Shown one piece after another: positions 13,400-27,266 of a stretch of 64,000 bases of DNA; position 1 is the first letter of the stretch, and each line of letters starts with the position of its first letter. The position numbers were made by a program, and so were the translations under genes. The stretch comes from Haliotis rubra. Its lineage: Eukaryota. The notes below the pieces were generated by a model. It was not told the DNA's origin, ran no database searches, and saw nothing but the letters and a program-made list of their open reading frames with translations. The stretch is taken from positions 1-64,000 of the forward strand of contig NW_025765033.1 in the NCBI RefSeq assembly GCF_003918875.1, read 5' to 3'.

Positions 13400-15351
13400 A
13401 TGAGTGTATTACACGTTTTTTGTGATGGAAATCACGAAGTCTGTACTCGTGTGTAGCCATGGCTACAAACCTGATGTCGGATGACTGGATATTTTACGAT
13501 GGCTTCACTTGCTATACGTTACATGCACACGGGAATAATCGAGAGTAGTCTCCCCATTGCTCAGTGTAGCTGTTTAACCGCCCCTTGTTCTGTGGATGTT
13601 TATACACGTTCTGAGACTGGCAGAGGGGATTTCCTCCTCGCCTAATGCTCATTTTCAATCCAGGTAATAGACATAATAATAAGTGCCTTGTATGATACTT
13701 GGACAGGATTGGTGCCCTTTACTTCGAGGTCAAATATGGGCTACAATACACAATATCAGCGATGTGAGTGAGTGAGGTAGATCAGGTTCACTGACCAACT
13801 CCATGCACGGACAACCCGTGCTGACTGTCACAACAGGTCGATCATTACGAGCAATGCAGGTTACACTATGTCTTATAACTAGACGCACCGCTATCTAATC
13901 GCGCGAGCAGGTTAATTAGCTTTAATTTACTGTGTATTTGGAGGGAACGGATGGACCAGTCTCTTGTCCAGCTTGCTCGCGGCCCTATGCACAAGGGAGA
14001 CTACCCTTGTCAGCTTATTAGCGCGCGTTTATCAGCCAGGCAGGCCTCAGACCACAATTATTTTCCTTCTTTGCTATCTACAGTGACATGCCAGTGCACC
14101 ATAATTAATATCGGTCGTAGGCTGTTCTCCTGTTGCATGCTGACCAACCTTCCACTTGTCATTTAACCGGCAAAATATGGGCCTGGATCGACCATGTCAA
14201 TTTTGCTGTATCCACTGTAAACAATGGTCACGGGAAGTTACGAGCCGAAACACACTAGACAGCCTTGAACTTGGGGTCAAATCAAGGAAGGCTGGTGTCA
14301 ATACCATGTGTAGATTGTGGACCCAAAAAATTTTGCAATAAAGTACAATGTCTTACCTTTCATTTAAGCTATCACAAGTCACCCTGAAAAAATTAGCACA
14401 AACAGAACAGCCCATTTAAACAAGGCACTATATTCTCATATTTTCCTTCCGGGTCATGGTAAAACTTAAGGGGGGTAACTGTGGTCTGAGGCCTGTGTCC
14501 GAGGCGAAGTGCGCCGCTTGTCTTTCCGCAGCAATTAGTGCCGCTACCGGCATCCTTAAACGTACACCACGCCCTACACACCACCAGACAGTCCCCACGT
14601 CAGATGAATGGACATTGTCAGCAACTACCTACATTCACCAGTTTGCCAGTTAATACTCGTTGTTCAAACAAACACAACATGCACTTCTTTTTATCACCGA
14701 CGGGAACCATGACAACGGCCTTCAAAGCAGGATCTGCTTCCTTTTGTTCTGGCGTTTGATTTCAGCCGTCAGTAAGTCCAGTGTCCATGACAAGAAATGG
14801 TCCCCGTCAAGAAATTATGTCCTCTGTATTTCAGCTTCACGCAGATGTCTTTAATCCCGAAGTACATCTATCCATTATTGCTGGCACAACAAGCATATAG
14901 ACTACAACTTCTCTGTCGGAGATAAACATAAGTGAATTAGCGAAAAGGGAATCGGAAGACTTGCACTTTTCTGACTGAAAACGAATCCTTAACCTTCTCC
15001 TTATTAGCACTAATCTTTACACGGTTTCAGAGAGTTAATAGTGTGTTTTCAACATCTAACAGGTACGGCGTTTTCGTGAACTACGGTATGTCCGGTGTTT
15101 GAACATATAGGCATTGATTTAAAACCTTAAAGTCGCCAGTGGTATTTGGCCCCATGACATGCAGCCATGGCCGGCTGTTTGACGTTGCCGAAAACATTCG
15201 ATGACGCCTCGTTCTGACTTCGTCTCTATGTAGTTACCGTTGTCGTTGCCAACGGTCCCTCTGTTTTTTAACAGAATCGCCATTGCTCTTACTACCTATC
15301 GCTCTGCATTTCGTTGACTACAGCATCGTTCCGAGTTCTGCTACTGACAAG

Positions 15352-16542
15352 ATGTTTACAAGGCTGCATATTCAAGGTATTTAAGCAGACATTCATTGTA
15401 TTTTAAAGTGTTAAGAGCGTACATTAGTACTGAAATCGGCCATAGTTTGACAGTAACGGTGTGGATGCTACTGGCCGCCATTTGCAATTTTGGGGAAATT
15501 TAGAAATGTTGATCTTTCTAATGTCTTTCTACAAGTAAATTGAGAGCTGTCGGTATTTATGTACTATGGCGGATGTTGTTACATGACAATAGATGTTTTT
15601 AGTATATTTAAGACGTGGATTTGGTATATTGTTTCTTTAAACATTTCTTTTCAACTATGCGGAGTATAGTAGCATTACTAATAGATGGATTGTATATCAA
15701 AACAATGATTAAATGCCCAGATGAATTCCTCTAACGCATTTTCGAGGCCTATGCTTGTCCCCAAAGACTCTCTATTTTCTTGCTATCGTTTCAACGGCCT
15801 CAAAAACATTTTGGTTCCACTGTACATGTATTTGGTGTGTCTATAAATGGGTTGTTTGTGTTATTTTCAGCACGGGAAGACATGATACGGTATCACGTCA
15901 CTCCTGCTGCTAGTCTATGGCCGTCGCTGGATGAGGAATCCGACTGTGTATGTATTTTCTCGACATGACCTTCAGACTGGTCCGAAAGCTTGCTTCTTTT
16001 CTCCTTGTCGAAGTCGTCTCATGCATACCCGCGACGTGATATGTTACTTACTCTGTTATGGTGTGCTGAAAGTCTGTCCCCGGGTACCCTCTCCCATTTA
16101 CACATTAACATTTCTTTCTAACAATCTATCAGCATGCTTGTCGTTGGATAGTATATCTCACAGCGTGTGTGACCAGGGGCTATGCACTCAGACATTCTCT
16201 AACACTGTTTCGTTAAAAAACCTCCTATCAACCTCACCCATTAACCCTCCTTTCTCCCACCCTCCCCACTCACCGATGTAGCGTCCCCTGGCTTCGTCCC
16301 CGAGCCCCTCTTCCGACCCCCTGAGTGTTTTCACCCCGTTCTGGGCCCGCCCTGACCACGGCGAGACGCTCCCTGCCCCAGTCACCATCACCTATGTCGA
16401 CTATTACCCTGTCCCAAGTGACGACGACAGTGACTACTGGGTCTATGAGGATGAGGACGACGACAGCTTCGTGGAGGATATTCACCCCGTTAGGAAGGCG
16501 CTGAGGAGAGTGGCTGCCTTCTTTAGGAGAGTATTCTCGTAG
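15352..16542 (+). CDS. Predicted three-exon orphan gene, 120 aa (exons 15352-15376, 15871-15947, 16282-16542)
   Basis: Splice sites CAAG|gtattt, ttattttcag|, TGT|gtatgt and atgtag| join in frame (phases 1 and 0) from ATG to TAG. AATAAA at ~17177. Confidence 0.6.
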
Positions 16543-16807
16543 ATTCCTCATCCAGTGTGCGTGTGTGTATGTGTATGTGTGTAAGTGTGTGTGCGCGCGT
16601 GTATGTGTGCATAAGGGTAGACGTGTATGTGTGATTCGATGTATCTGTGTATGTGTGCAAGAGTGCATGTTGTGTGATTGAGTGTGCATGTGAGAGTATG
16701 CGATTTGCATGTGCATTTGAATGCAGATAAGAGAGATAGTGTTTTTCATGTGACAGGGCGTGTTACTGATGTGTGATTGGGTGTATGTGTGAGTGTGTGA
16801 GAGACGA

Positions 16808-16839
<32 letters not shown>

Positions 16840-19332
16840 GGGTGGGCGGGTGGGAAGGGAGTGTGTTTTCATGGGCTATTTAGTGTGAGGGCGAATGCGT
16901 GATGATGAGTTTTGCATGTATGTTCGTGTGTAAGTGGTTTTTGTGAGATTATGTGTTTTGGTGCTCGTCTGGTATACCATTTCCCATTTTGGGTCTCTTT
17001 GGCTACACCCTTTTGGCTTATTTCAGGACACACCCTTCGATCAAGTATATTTTGGCTTACCTTTTGACTGACATTTCTAAGTTTATTTCTCTTACTAATA
17101 AGAGAATTGATCTTCTTTGGCCCCGATTTGGATACTTTCTTTCAGCACTTGCCATTCTATTTCTTGATTATATGTAAATAAATATTAATGAATGGTATAC
17201 ACATGAGTCTGTTTTCCTTCCTTCATTGGATCAATTCCAATTCTTAGCTAGGTGACAGCAACACAGCAGGAGAGGCAGCCGAAGCAAGCCTATTTTTGAA
17301 ATATCTGGAGTTGCTATAAGAGTAAACTAATTACAAATGAAGATAATGAAGGGTCATTTGCTCTATCCCGCTGTGTTGCTGTCACCCAGATGAGTGTATT
17401 ACACGTTTTTTGTGATGGAAATCACGAAGTCTGTACTCGTGTGTAGCCATGGCTACAAACCTGATGTCGGATGACTGGATATTTTACGATGGCTTCACTT
17501 GCTATACGTTACATGCACACGGGAATAATCGAGAGTAGTCTCCCATTGCTCAGTGTAGCTGTTTAACCGCTCCCTTGTTCTGTGGATGTTTATACACGTT
17601 CTGAGACTGGCAGAGGGGATTTCCTCCTCGCCTAATGCTCATTTTCAATCCAGGTAATAGACATAATAATAAGTGCCTTGTATGATACTTGGACAGGATT
17701 GGTGCCCTTTACTTCGAGGTCAAATATGGGCTACAATACACAATATCAGCGTGTGAGTGAGTGAGGTAGATCAGGTTCACTGACCAACTCCATGCACGGA
17801 CAACCCGTGCTGACTGTCACAACAGGTCGATCATTACGAGCAATGCAGGTTACACTATGTCTTATAACTAGACGCACCGCTATCTAATCGCGCGAGCAGG
17901 TTAATTAGCTTTAATTTACTGTGTATTTGGGAACGGATGGACCAGTCTCTTGTCCAGCTTGCTCGCGGCCTATGCACAAGGGGAGACTACCCTTGTCAGC
18001 TTATTAGCGCGTTTATCAGCCAGGCAGGCCTCAGACCACAATTATTTTCCTTCTTTGCTATCTACAGTGACATGCCAGTGCACCATAATTAATATCGGTC
18101 GTAGGCTGTTCTCCTGTTGCATGCTGACCAACCTTCCACTTGTCACTTAACCGGCAAAATATGGGCCTGGATCGACCATGTCAATTTTGCTGTATCCACT
18201 GTAAACAATGGTCACGGGAAGTTACGAGCCGAAACACACTAGACAGCCTTGAACTTGGGGTCAAATCAAGGAAGGCTGGTGTCAATATCATGTGTAGATT
18301 GGGGACCCAAAAACATTGCAATAAAGTACAATGTCTTACCTTTCATTTAAGCTATCACAAGTCACCCTGAAAAAATTAGCACAAACAGAACAGCCCATTT
18401 AAACAAGGCACTATATTCTCATATTTTCCTTCCGGGTCATGGTAAAACTTAAGGGGGGTAACTGTGCTCTGAGGCCTGTGTCCGAGGCGAAGTGCGCCGC
18501 TTGTCTTTCCGCAGCAATTAGTGCCGCTACCGGCATCCTTAAACGTACACCACGCCCTACACACCACCAGACAGTCCCCACGTCAGATGAATGGACATTG
18601 TCAGCAACTACCTACATTCACCAGTTTGCCAGTTAATACTCGTTGTTCAAACAAACACAACATGCACTTCTTTTTATCACCGACGGGAACCATGACAACG
18701 GCCTTCAAAGCAGGATCTGCTTCCTTTTGTTCTGGCGTTTGATTTCAGCCGTCAGTAAGTCCAGTGTCCATGACAAGAAATGGTCCCCGTCAAGAAATTA
18801 TGTCCTCTGTATTTCAGCTTCACGCAGATGTCTTTAATCCCGAAGTACATCTATCCATTATTGCTGGCACAACAAGCATATAGACTACAACTTCTCTGTC
18901 GGAGATAAACATATGTGAATTAGCGAAAAGGGAATCGGAAGACTTGCACTTTTCTGACTGAAAACGAATCCTTAACCTTCTCCTTATTAGCACTAATCTT
19001 TACACGGTTTCAGAGAGTTAATAGTGTGTTTTCAACATCTAACAGGTACGGCGTTTTCGTGAACTACGGTATGTCCGGTGTTTGAACATATAGGCATTGA
19101 TTTAAAACCTTAAAGTCGCCAGGTATTTGGCCCCATGACATGCAGCCATGGCCGGCTGTTTGACGTTGCCGAAAACATTCGATGACGCCTCGTTCTGACT
19201 TCGTCTCTATGTAGTTACCGTTGTCGTTGCCAACGGTCCCCTCTGTTTTTAACAGAATCGCCATTGCTCTTACTACCTATCGCTCTGCATTTCGTTGACT
19301 ACAGCATCGTTCCGAGTTCTGCTACTGACAAG

Positions 19333-20525
19333 ATGTTTACAAGGCTGCATATTCAAGGTATTTAAGCAGACATTCATTGTATTTTAAAGTGTTAAGAGCG
19401 TACATTAGTACTGAAATCGGCCATAGTTTGACAGTAACGGTGTGGATGCTACTGGCCGCCATTTGCAATTTTGGGGAAATTTAGAAATGTTGATCTTTCT
19501 AATGTCTTTCTACAAGTAAATTGAGAGCTGTCGGTATTTATGTACTATGGCGGATGTTGTTACATGACAATAGATGTTTTTAGTATATTTAAGACGTGGA
19601 TTTGGTATATTGTTTCTTTAAACATTTCTTTTCAACTATGCGGAGTATAGTAGCATTACTAATAGATGGATTGTATATCAAAACAATGATTAAATGCCCA
19701 GATGAATTCCTCTAACGCATTTTCGAGGCCTATACTTGTCCCAAAAGACTCTCTATTTTCTTGCTATCGTTTCATCGGCCTCAAAAACATTTTGGTTCCA
19801 CTGTACATGTATTTGGTGTGTCTATAAATGGGTTGTTTGTGTTATTTTCAGCACGGGAAGACATGATACGGTATCACGTCACTCCTGCTGCTAGTCTATG
19901 GCCGTCGCTGGATGAGGAATCCGACTGTGTATGTATTTTCTCGACATGACCTTCAGACTGGTCCGAAAAGCTTGCTTCTTTTTGTCCTTGTCGAAGTCGT
20001 CTCATGCATACCCGTGACGTGATATGTTACTTACTCTGTTATGGTGTGCTGAAAGTCTGTCCCCGGGTACCCTCTCCCATTTACACATTAACATTTCTTT
20101 CTAACAATCTATCAGCATGCTTGTCGTTGGATAGTATATCTCACAGCGTGTGTGACCAGGGGCTATGCACTCAGACATTCTCTAACACTGTTTCGTTAAA
20201 AACCTCCTATCAACCTCACCCATTAACCCTCCTTTCTCCCACCCTCCCCACTCACCGATGTAGCGTCCCCTGGCTTCGTCCCCGAGCCCCTCTCCCGACC
20301 CCCCTGAGTGTTTTCACCCCGTTCTGGGCCCGCCCTGACCACGGCGAGACGCTCCCTGCCCCAGTCACCATCACCTATGTCGACTATTACCCTGTCCCAA
20401 GTGACGACGACAGTGACTACTGGGTCTATGAGGATGAGGACGACGACAGCTTCGTGGAGGATATTCACCCCGTTAGGAAGGCGCTGAGGAGAGTGGCTGC
20501 CTTCTTTAGGAGAGTATTCTCGTAG
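19333..20525 (+). CDS. Second copy of the three-exon orphan gene (19333-19357, 19852-19928, 20264-20525), with +1 C in a homopolymer near 20300
   Basis: Same splice sites as the first copy. The C-run has 6 bases instead of 5, which could be real or a consensus error. Confidence 0.5.
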
Positions 20526-20795
20526 ATTCCTCATCCAGTGTGCGTGTGTGTGTATGTATGTGTGTAAGTGTGTGTGCGCGTGTATGTGTGCATAAGGGTA
20601 GACGTGTATGTGTGATTCGATGTATCTGTGTATGTGTGCAAGAGTGCATGTTGTGTGATTGAGTGTGCATGTGAGAGTATGCGATTTGCATGTGCATTTG
20701 AATGCAGATGAGAGAGATAGTGTTTTTCATGTGACAGGGCGTGTTACTGATGTGTGATTGGGTGTATGTGTGAGAGTGTGAGAGACGATGTGTGT

Positions 20796-20826
<31 letters not shown>

Positions 20827-21334
20827 GGGTGGGCGGGTGGGAAGGAGTGTGTTTTCATGGGCTATTTAGTGTGAGGGCGAATGCGTGATGATGAGTTTTG
20901 CATGTATGTTCGTGTGTAAGTGGGTTTTTGTGAGATTATGTGTTTTGGTGCTCGTCTGGTATACCATTTCCCATTTTGGGTCTCTTTTGGCTACACCCTT
21001 TGGCTTATTTCAGGACACACCCTTTCGATCAAGTATATTTTGGCTTACCTTTGACTGACATTTCTAAGTTTATTTCTCTTACTAATAAGAGAATTGATCT
21101 TCTCTTTTGGCCCCGATTTGGATACTTTCTTTCAGCACTTGCCATTCTATTTCTTGATTATATGTAAATAAATATTAATGAATGGTATACACATGAGTCT
21201 GTTTTCCTTCCTTCATTGGATCAATTCCAATTCTTAGCTAGGTGACAGCAACACAGCAGGAGAGGCAGCCGAAGCAAGCCTATTTTTGAAATATCTTGGA
21301 GTTGCTATAAGAGTAAACTAATTACAAATGAAGA

Positions 21335-23292
21335 TTAAAGTTGCAGGCAACATTGACGGCTCCTTGGCTTGGATCATTTCTAAACATTTGGTACCTGATG
21401 TCGAAAGCAGTAAAGGTTATAGCTGATATGGATCGTATCATTGTCAGTAATGAGAAATACTTCAGGAGCCGATTTTACTAGCGCTTACTTCAGCTAGACC
21501 AGAGTTACCCCCCTTAGACCACAGCTAGAACTTTTACCCTGACCCGGAACGTTCAATCACTGACAATCTTTAAAAACTGCCTAAAGACCTCCACTGCAGT
21601 GTAGTTTAATTTTGTGCAGCGCTAGCTCTCGTCATTGTCAACTGAAATCGACATCATCTCCCCATATCTGCACGTGGACCACGCTTTGCAGTGGTAGTCT
21701 CTTTATAGCAGATATCGTCCCTGCACTTTCCTTCAGACTGTCGCATGTTTTGCACGGGTAATCTGCCGTGCTCGTGCTGTAAATGTCGATGAAACTTATG
21801 ATACATTCGGCAATGTATCCCTGGGCCGTCGGTGATATAAAGAAGTCCCTATTTCGTTAAATCTGCCCAAACTTTGGGTTTTTGAATGTAAGTATTATTT
21901 ATGATGACTGGTACGTTGTTGAAAGTCTGTTTGCGTCATATTTAGCGTGTTCAGCCTGGAGTTGTGGGTGAGTTTGTTTGGTAATTTTTCTTTCATTTGG
22001 GGCACGTCTCAAACAGTTTTTTCCCTTTTCCCCTGCATTTGTGCAATTTTCAATGCCATATGGCCGACAAACGATCAAACTTTTGATATGCATGTAAGAA
22101 CACGAAATGTTAAGCATCTTCTGTTGATGCATACCTGCCAAGTTTTACTGCCTTCTGTGCAGAACTTGAGCAGCTATGCTGTTTAGAATGTAGTATCATC
22201 AGAATCTGACGAAATCCAATATGGCCGCCAAGCAATACACATTTTGACATGCACCCAAGAACAAAAATGTTCAACACACTTAGTTACTACGCACTGCCAG
22301 ATTCTAGCTGCATAGTTGCGAAAGTAATGATGCTGCGATTTTTGAAAATACATTTTAGTACAAAATAAACAACAGAAGCAAACATCTAGATATCCGTAGC
22401 TAATCAAGATATCGCAACATAGCTTATGGGCATTAATATTTGAGGTATATGTTGTACATCTGCACATTTACAGCGTTCTGCAGTTCATACATTCAGAGTT
22501 ATGGCTTGCGAAAAATGCCTACCCTACAAAATCTGCACATTTCCGATAAACATCTTCAATCCAATATGGCCGCCGCATCACGTGACTTTTGACATAGGAC
22601 CAAGAACAGAAAATGTTCAACAACCAAAGGCCACTTCAGAACAAGCGTTTAAAGTGTTGTATGTGCTAAGTTTGGTTTGGCACAAAATGGCAAAGAAGCC
22701 CGTGAAAGTTTTTGAAGACAACTTTTTGCCGAAAAGTAGCGTCCAATATGGCGGCCATCATATAAACATAGGCACATTTGACGATGCTACTGTGTAGAAA
22801 CATGCATAGACACAAAGTATGCAACGTTTGAAAGCCGTAGCCCTTGTAGTTTTAGTGCAGCACATTTTGGGAGGTATGCAGTCAGGATTTTGCTGAAAAA
22901 CATCACCAAAAACTTCAATCCCAAATAGCGTCCAAACGGTGCATTTTAGCGACTTGAGCCGTCCAGGCGAAATTGTAGGCATTTTGATTGCGCATCTGCT
23001 CCAGAACTTTGGCAAACATTGGAGCATTAGTTTTGGAGATATTTGCATTTGCGTTTGAAATTTTTGAATTAATTTTGAATTATCTGCCCTTTGCTATTGG
23101 GCCTACAGCCTACAGATTTTAAAGCGCGATATGTACACCTCGGTGGGCATCTGGGTGATTTTTTTCAAGGCATTCTGTCCAGCGGTGCTCTCTGTAGCTC
23201 TGGTACAAAATACGGCGGAAGAATAAATAATAATAATAATAAAAACATTAACGATTACAATAGGTCTCCTGCCTAAAGGCAAAGGAGCCCTA
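21335..23292. mobile_element. ~1.95-kb non-autonomous Helentron/HINE-like insertion
   Basis: Absent from the other array copies (empty site aatgaagataatgaagggtc). Subterminal inverted pair ggctccttggc / gcaaaggagcc, an (AAT)n tract, a terminal hairpin ctcctgcctaaaggcaaaggag, and no long TSD. Confidence 0.7.
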
Positions 23293-24377
23293 ATAATGAA
23301 GGGTCATTTGCTCTATCCCGATGTGTTGCTGTCACCCAGATGAGTGTATTACACTTTTTTTGTGATGGAAATCACGAAGTCTGTACTCGTGTGTAGCCAT
23401 GGCTACAAACCTGATGTCGGATGACTGGCTATTTTACGATGGCTTCACTTGCTATACGTTACATGCACACGGGAATAATCGAGAGTAGTCTCCCATTGCT
23501 CAGTGTAGCTGTTTAACCGCCCCCTTGTTCTGTGGATGTTTATACACGTTCTGAGACTGGCAGAGGGGATTTCCTCCTCGCCTAATGCTCATTTTCAATC
23601 CAGGTAATAGACATTATAATAAGTGCCTTGTATGATACTTGGACAGGATTGGTGCCCTTTACTTCGAGGTTAGGTATGGGCTACAATATCTGATCAAGAA
23701 AACCAAATGGCGTTTAGATAAGAACATAGATCAGACCTACAAGTACTGCCAGTTTGACCTGGTCTGGTCTACGCTTTAAATTTAGACAGGGAAATCGCAA
23801 TGCTCTATGCACATACGTGCGTAAATGTCCAAAATCAGTGAGTGAGTGAGTGAATGAGTATAGTAAACCCTTAGCGATAAGTTCACCATGTCACCTCGTT
23901 GAACAGAAAGAAGTCCCATAGACTTCTATAGTAGCGTTATAATTTATTATTTTTAAATCCTCCAGGCTGTCAACAACCATTCCACGTAGTAGGCATGTAC
24001 ACATGGGTACAGTCTCGCCTTTAAACTACAATAAAAACACAAATTCCCGCTAACTTAGCCTGCCATTTTTCCGAGCACAGTATGCTGAAAGCATTAGGCA
24101 TAAGCATCTTACACTATTTCATCCAGTCACACTGGTCACGTGACTCTATCTCTTCAGATGATTACATACGCAACTCGCTCATGGAGCACGTGATGCTGAT
24201 TTAGCGTAGTGGAAACCCGAGGCGAAGTGCGCAGCTTGTTTTTCCGCAGCAATTAAACGTACACCACGACCTACACACCACCAGACGGTCCCCACGTCAG
24301 ATGAATGGACATTGCCAGCAACTACCTACATTCACCAGTTTTCCAGTTAATACTCGGGGTCCAAACAAACACAACAT

Positions 24378-24785
24378 AATAATAGTAATAATAATAGTCC
24401 ACTTGTAAGGCGCTAAATCCATGCACAATACATACTGACGGCGCACATGTTTGTGAGGAGGTGACAGTAGTTACACAGAGAAGGCAAGTATGTACAGGAA
24501 GGTTTTGAGTTTTGTCTTCAACGATGACAATGATTCACAGTCTTTCAGGTACTTGGGCAGAGAGTTCCAAGCTTTTGTGGCTGAATATGCAAATGTTTTC
24601 TCCCCATAGCGGGATGTTTTTACCATGGGAACTTGGAGCAGGGCTTTTGTTCGGGAACGTCGAGTTCTTGCCAGTGTGTAGGCTTTAATCAGATCAGATA
24701 TCGAGGGAGGAGCCTGACCGGACAGAGACTGGAAGACAACACAAAGAAGTTTGTAGGTAATACGCTGTTCCACGAGGAGCCAGTA
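24378..24785 (-). mobile_element. 5'-truncated L2/CR1-group LINE 3' fragment
   Basis: WLLVEQRITYKLL...GQAP..ISDLI...YGEKTFAYSATKAWNSLP...KTKLKTFL, a (TAT)n tail, and aacat duplicated at 24373-24377 and 24786-24790. Confidence 0.88.
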
Positions 24786-27098
24786 AACATGCACTTCTTT
24801 TTATCACCGACGGGAACCATGACAACGGCCTTCAAAGCAGGATCTGCTTCCGTTTGTTTTGTCGTTTGTTTTTAGCCGCCAGTAAGTCCAGTGTCCATGA
24901 CAAGAAATGGTCCCCGTCAAGAAATTATGTCCTCTGTATTTCAGCTTCACGCAGATGTCTTTAATCCCGAAGTACATCTCTCCATTATTGCTGGCACAAC
25001 AAGCATATAGACTACAACTTCTCTGTCGGAGATAAACATATGTGAATTAGCGAAAAGGGAATCGGAAGACTTGCATTTTCTGACGAACCCTTAACCTTCC
25101 TTATTGGTACTAATCTTTACACGGTTTCAATATCTTGGCGGGCCCCGCCTAGAACCGCCACGCTCATGACAATTTGTATTTCTGTTGTACATTGCGCGAC
25201 CAACCACCCGACCAACGGAGTATATGTTTTGATAATACGTAATGAATACAAAAGGAATATAAAATATGTACAGAGTGAAAAATTCACGTCGTTTCATTTA
25301 CAAATATAGATGTTGACTTTGTCATTGAAGTTTAAACACAATTAATATAATTACTGTTTTTGTAACAGTGCTCACAACATTTCAATAATATAATCAAGTT
25401 TGTTAATACGAAAATAATTATTGTATGTAGTTAATTATGGTAAAACGGATCACTGAGTCAAAATTCACTTTGACAAAATATATTTAGATGCAATTTTGCG
25501 AAAAATACGATTTTATTAGCCCTTCATTCAATTTCTCTGAGATTTCTAGAATCAGGGGAGGTTACTCTAAGTTCTTTTCAGTTTGCCGTGTTTCATCATT
25601 GAAGACATGTTTGTTTTGGTGAGATTTGAAAGTTGGGAATATGGGCCTAACAAAATGGTATGTGTATATTTCCATTGTTAATATATAAGTGACCTCTGTG
25701 TTTGAGTAATGTTAAAGGTTAAAATATTTCTATTATGTAAATTATTTAAGTTTTATTGTAATGTTTTGGTTAAATGTATTCAGTTTTCGCGCACTTCGTG
25801 CATTTTCATCGAGTAAATTTGTGTATATTTTTATGAGGCTACGTGTAGATTAATGTAAAGTTTCTTTCTAAGATTTGAGGTAAATTTCTGATAGTATTTT
25901 AGCTGTTAAAGTAAAAATATTTTATTTATTTTCCTTTGTTTAATATTTTATTGGCTGTAATTCTCAGATTCTGAGATATGTAAAAAGTACCTATTATTGT
26001 TTTTTTAAATGTTTTTACAGTCAATCGTTTCATTCGTCGGTCAAGAATATTTTGAGAAGTGTATCCATGAATATGAACTATGACAAATGAGAACATGAAC
26101 ATGAGAACAGGAATAAAAGACACTGACGATGAGATTAATTTTCATTTTGTTTATTACAGAAATTAATAAATTAATGACTTTAAAATCACAATCATCAATT
26201 CATTTAATACTTTAAGATAAATACAATCACTGTTTTATGAAACTACCAACCTGTGTGGTATAAATAAACATTTCAATCTGATCAAACAATGAAAACTGTT
26301 TTACCTGTACACCGTGACCATATGCGCCCGACTCTAATATATTAATAAGCATAACCTATATATATATAAGATATGAGAAAGGTGTGTCAGTAAATCGAAA
26401 CAAAATGGCGGTTCGGCTCGGCTCGGTTTTGTTCTGACAAACGCTTCCATCGCTTTGACCGTTTAATAAACTGCACAATTTATACTCAGTTGACCTCTGT
26501 AAAGCGGTGATTTTGAAACCTATAAAAATCAGTAGGACAAATGTCCTGAGTGGGTGTCTGGCTATAGGCCATTGACCTAAAGCTCTTTTGACATTTTTTT
26601 AACCCCAATGCCATCATATGACTAAATTGTTAATGACATTTAATGTTGCAACTTGGATTCTAGATATACAGCAAACTTTAAGCTTTTTTCAAAGATTTAT
26701 GACTTATAAACAGATAAATGAACATCAATCACTCCTCTGTGAATAAACACTGAACAAAACAGAAGTGTTGTTATTTTTTAATATTCAGTTGTTTCAAACA
26801 GACCCTTAAAAGTGAACATGTCATAGCTTGCTTCTTTTCATCCAACTATGAAAGTACAATAATTAACACTCAATCAAACTCAGACTTGCAAACTTTAAAC
26901 TTTAAACAGTCAAAACTTCCTGGTTTCAGAAGAAAAATTGGTATGGAGTCATTTCTGCATAGTGAAGAGCAGTCTGCTCCTTTTCCTCCAACACGTCAGT
27001 GCACCTGAAAAGTCAAATTTGCACAAATCAGCCCCTTCAATCTTTACTCGCAAGAGCTTGTCCTGTGTCTCACAGGTTAGACGATTTTGAGTGGTGTC

Positions 27099-27266
27099 GG
27101 GGCGGTGGGGTAGCCTAGTGGTTAAAGCGGTGGCTCGTCACGCCGAAAATCCGGGTTCGAATCCCCACATGGGTACAATGTGTGAAGCCCATTTCTGGTG
27201 TCCCCCGCCGTGATGTTGCTGGAATATTGCTAAAAGCGACGTAAATCCAAACTCAGTCAGTCAGTC
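27099..27266 (+). mobile_element. tRNA-derived SINE family A, inserted in a hAT exon
   Basis: A box ggtagcctagtggttaaagcg, B box gggttcgaatccc, (TCAG)n tail, TSD tgagtggtgtc. Confidence 0.93.

Larger units (their letters stand above)
11918..25128 (+). repeat. Tandem array of a ~3.98-kb unit: two complete periods plus partial and interrupted copies
   Basis: The anchor gtcgaagtcgtctcatgcatacc occurs at ~12131, 16007 and 19990. Paired ORFs at 14456/18439 and 15780/19761 give periods of 3983 and 3981 bp. Remnants lie at 23291-23690 and 24218-25128. Confidence 0.97.

Noticed and set aside
16270-16872. 200-aa His/Thr-rich minus-strand ORF and its copies
   Set aside because: A translation of (GT)/(GA) microsatellite-like sequence and of the antisense strand of the predicted exon 3.
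20004-20525. 173-aa single-exon ORF
   Set aside because: Open only because of an extra C in this copy; the other copies do not keep this frame, and the spliced model fits better.
27099-27175. tRNA gene-like sequences here and at other family A heads
   Set aside because: They continue into a shared SINE body and tail with TSDs, so they are SINE heads and not tRNA genes.
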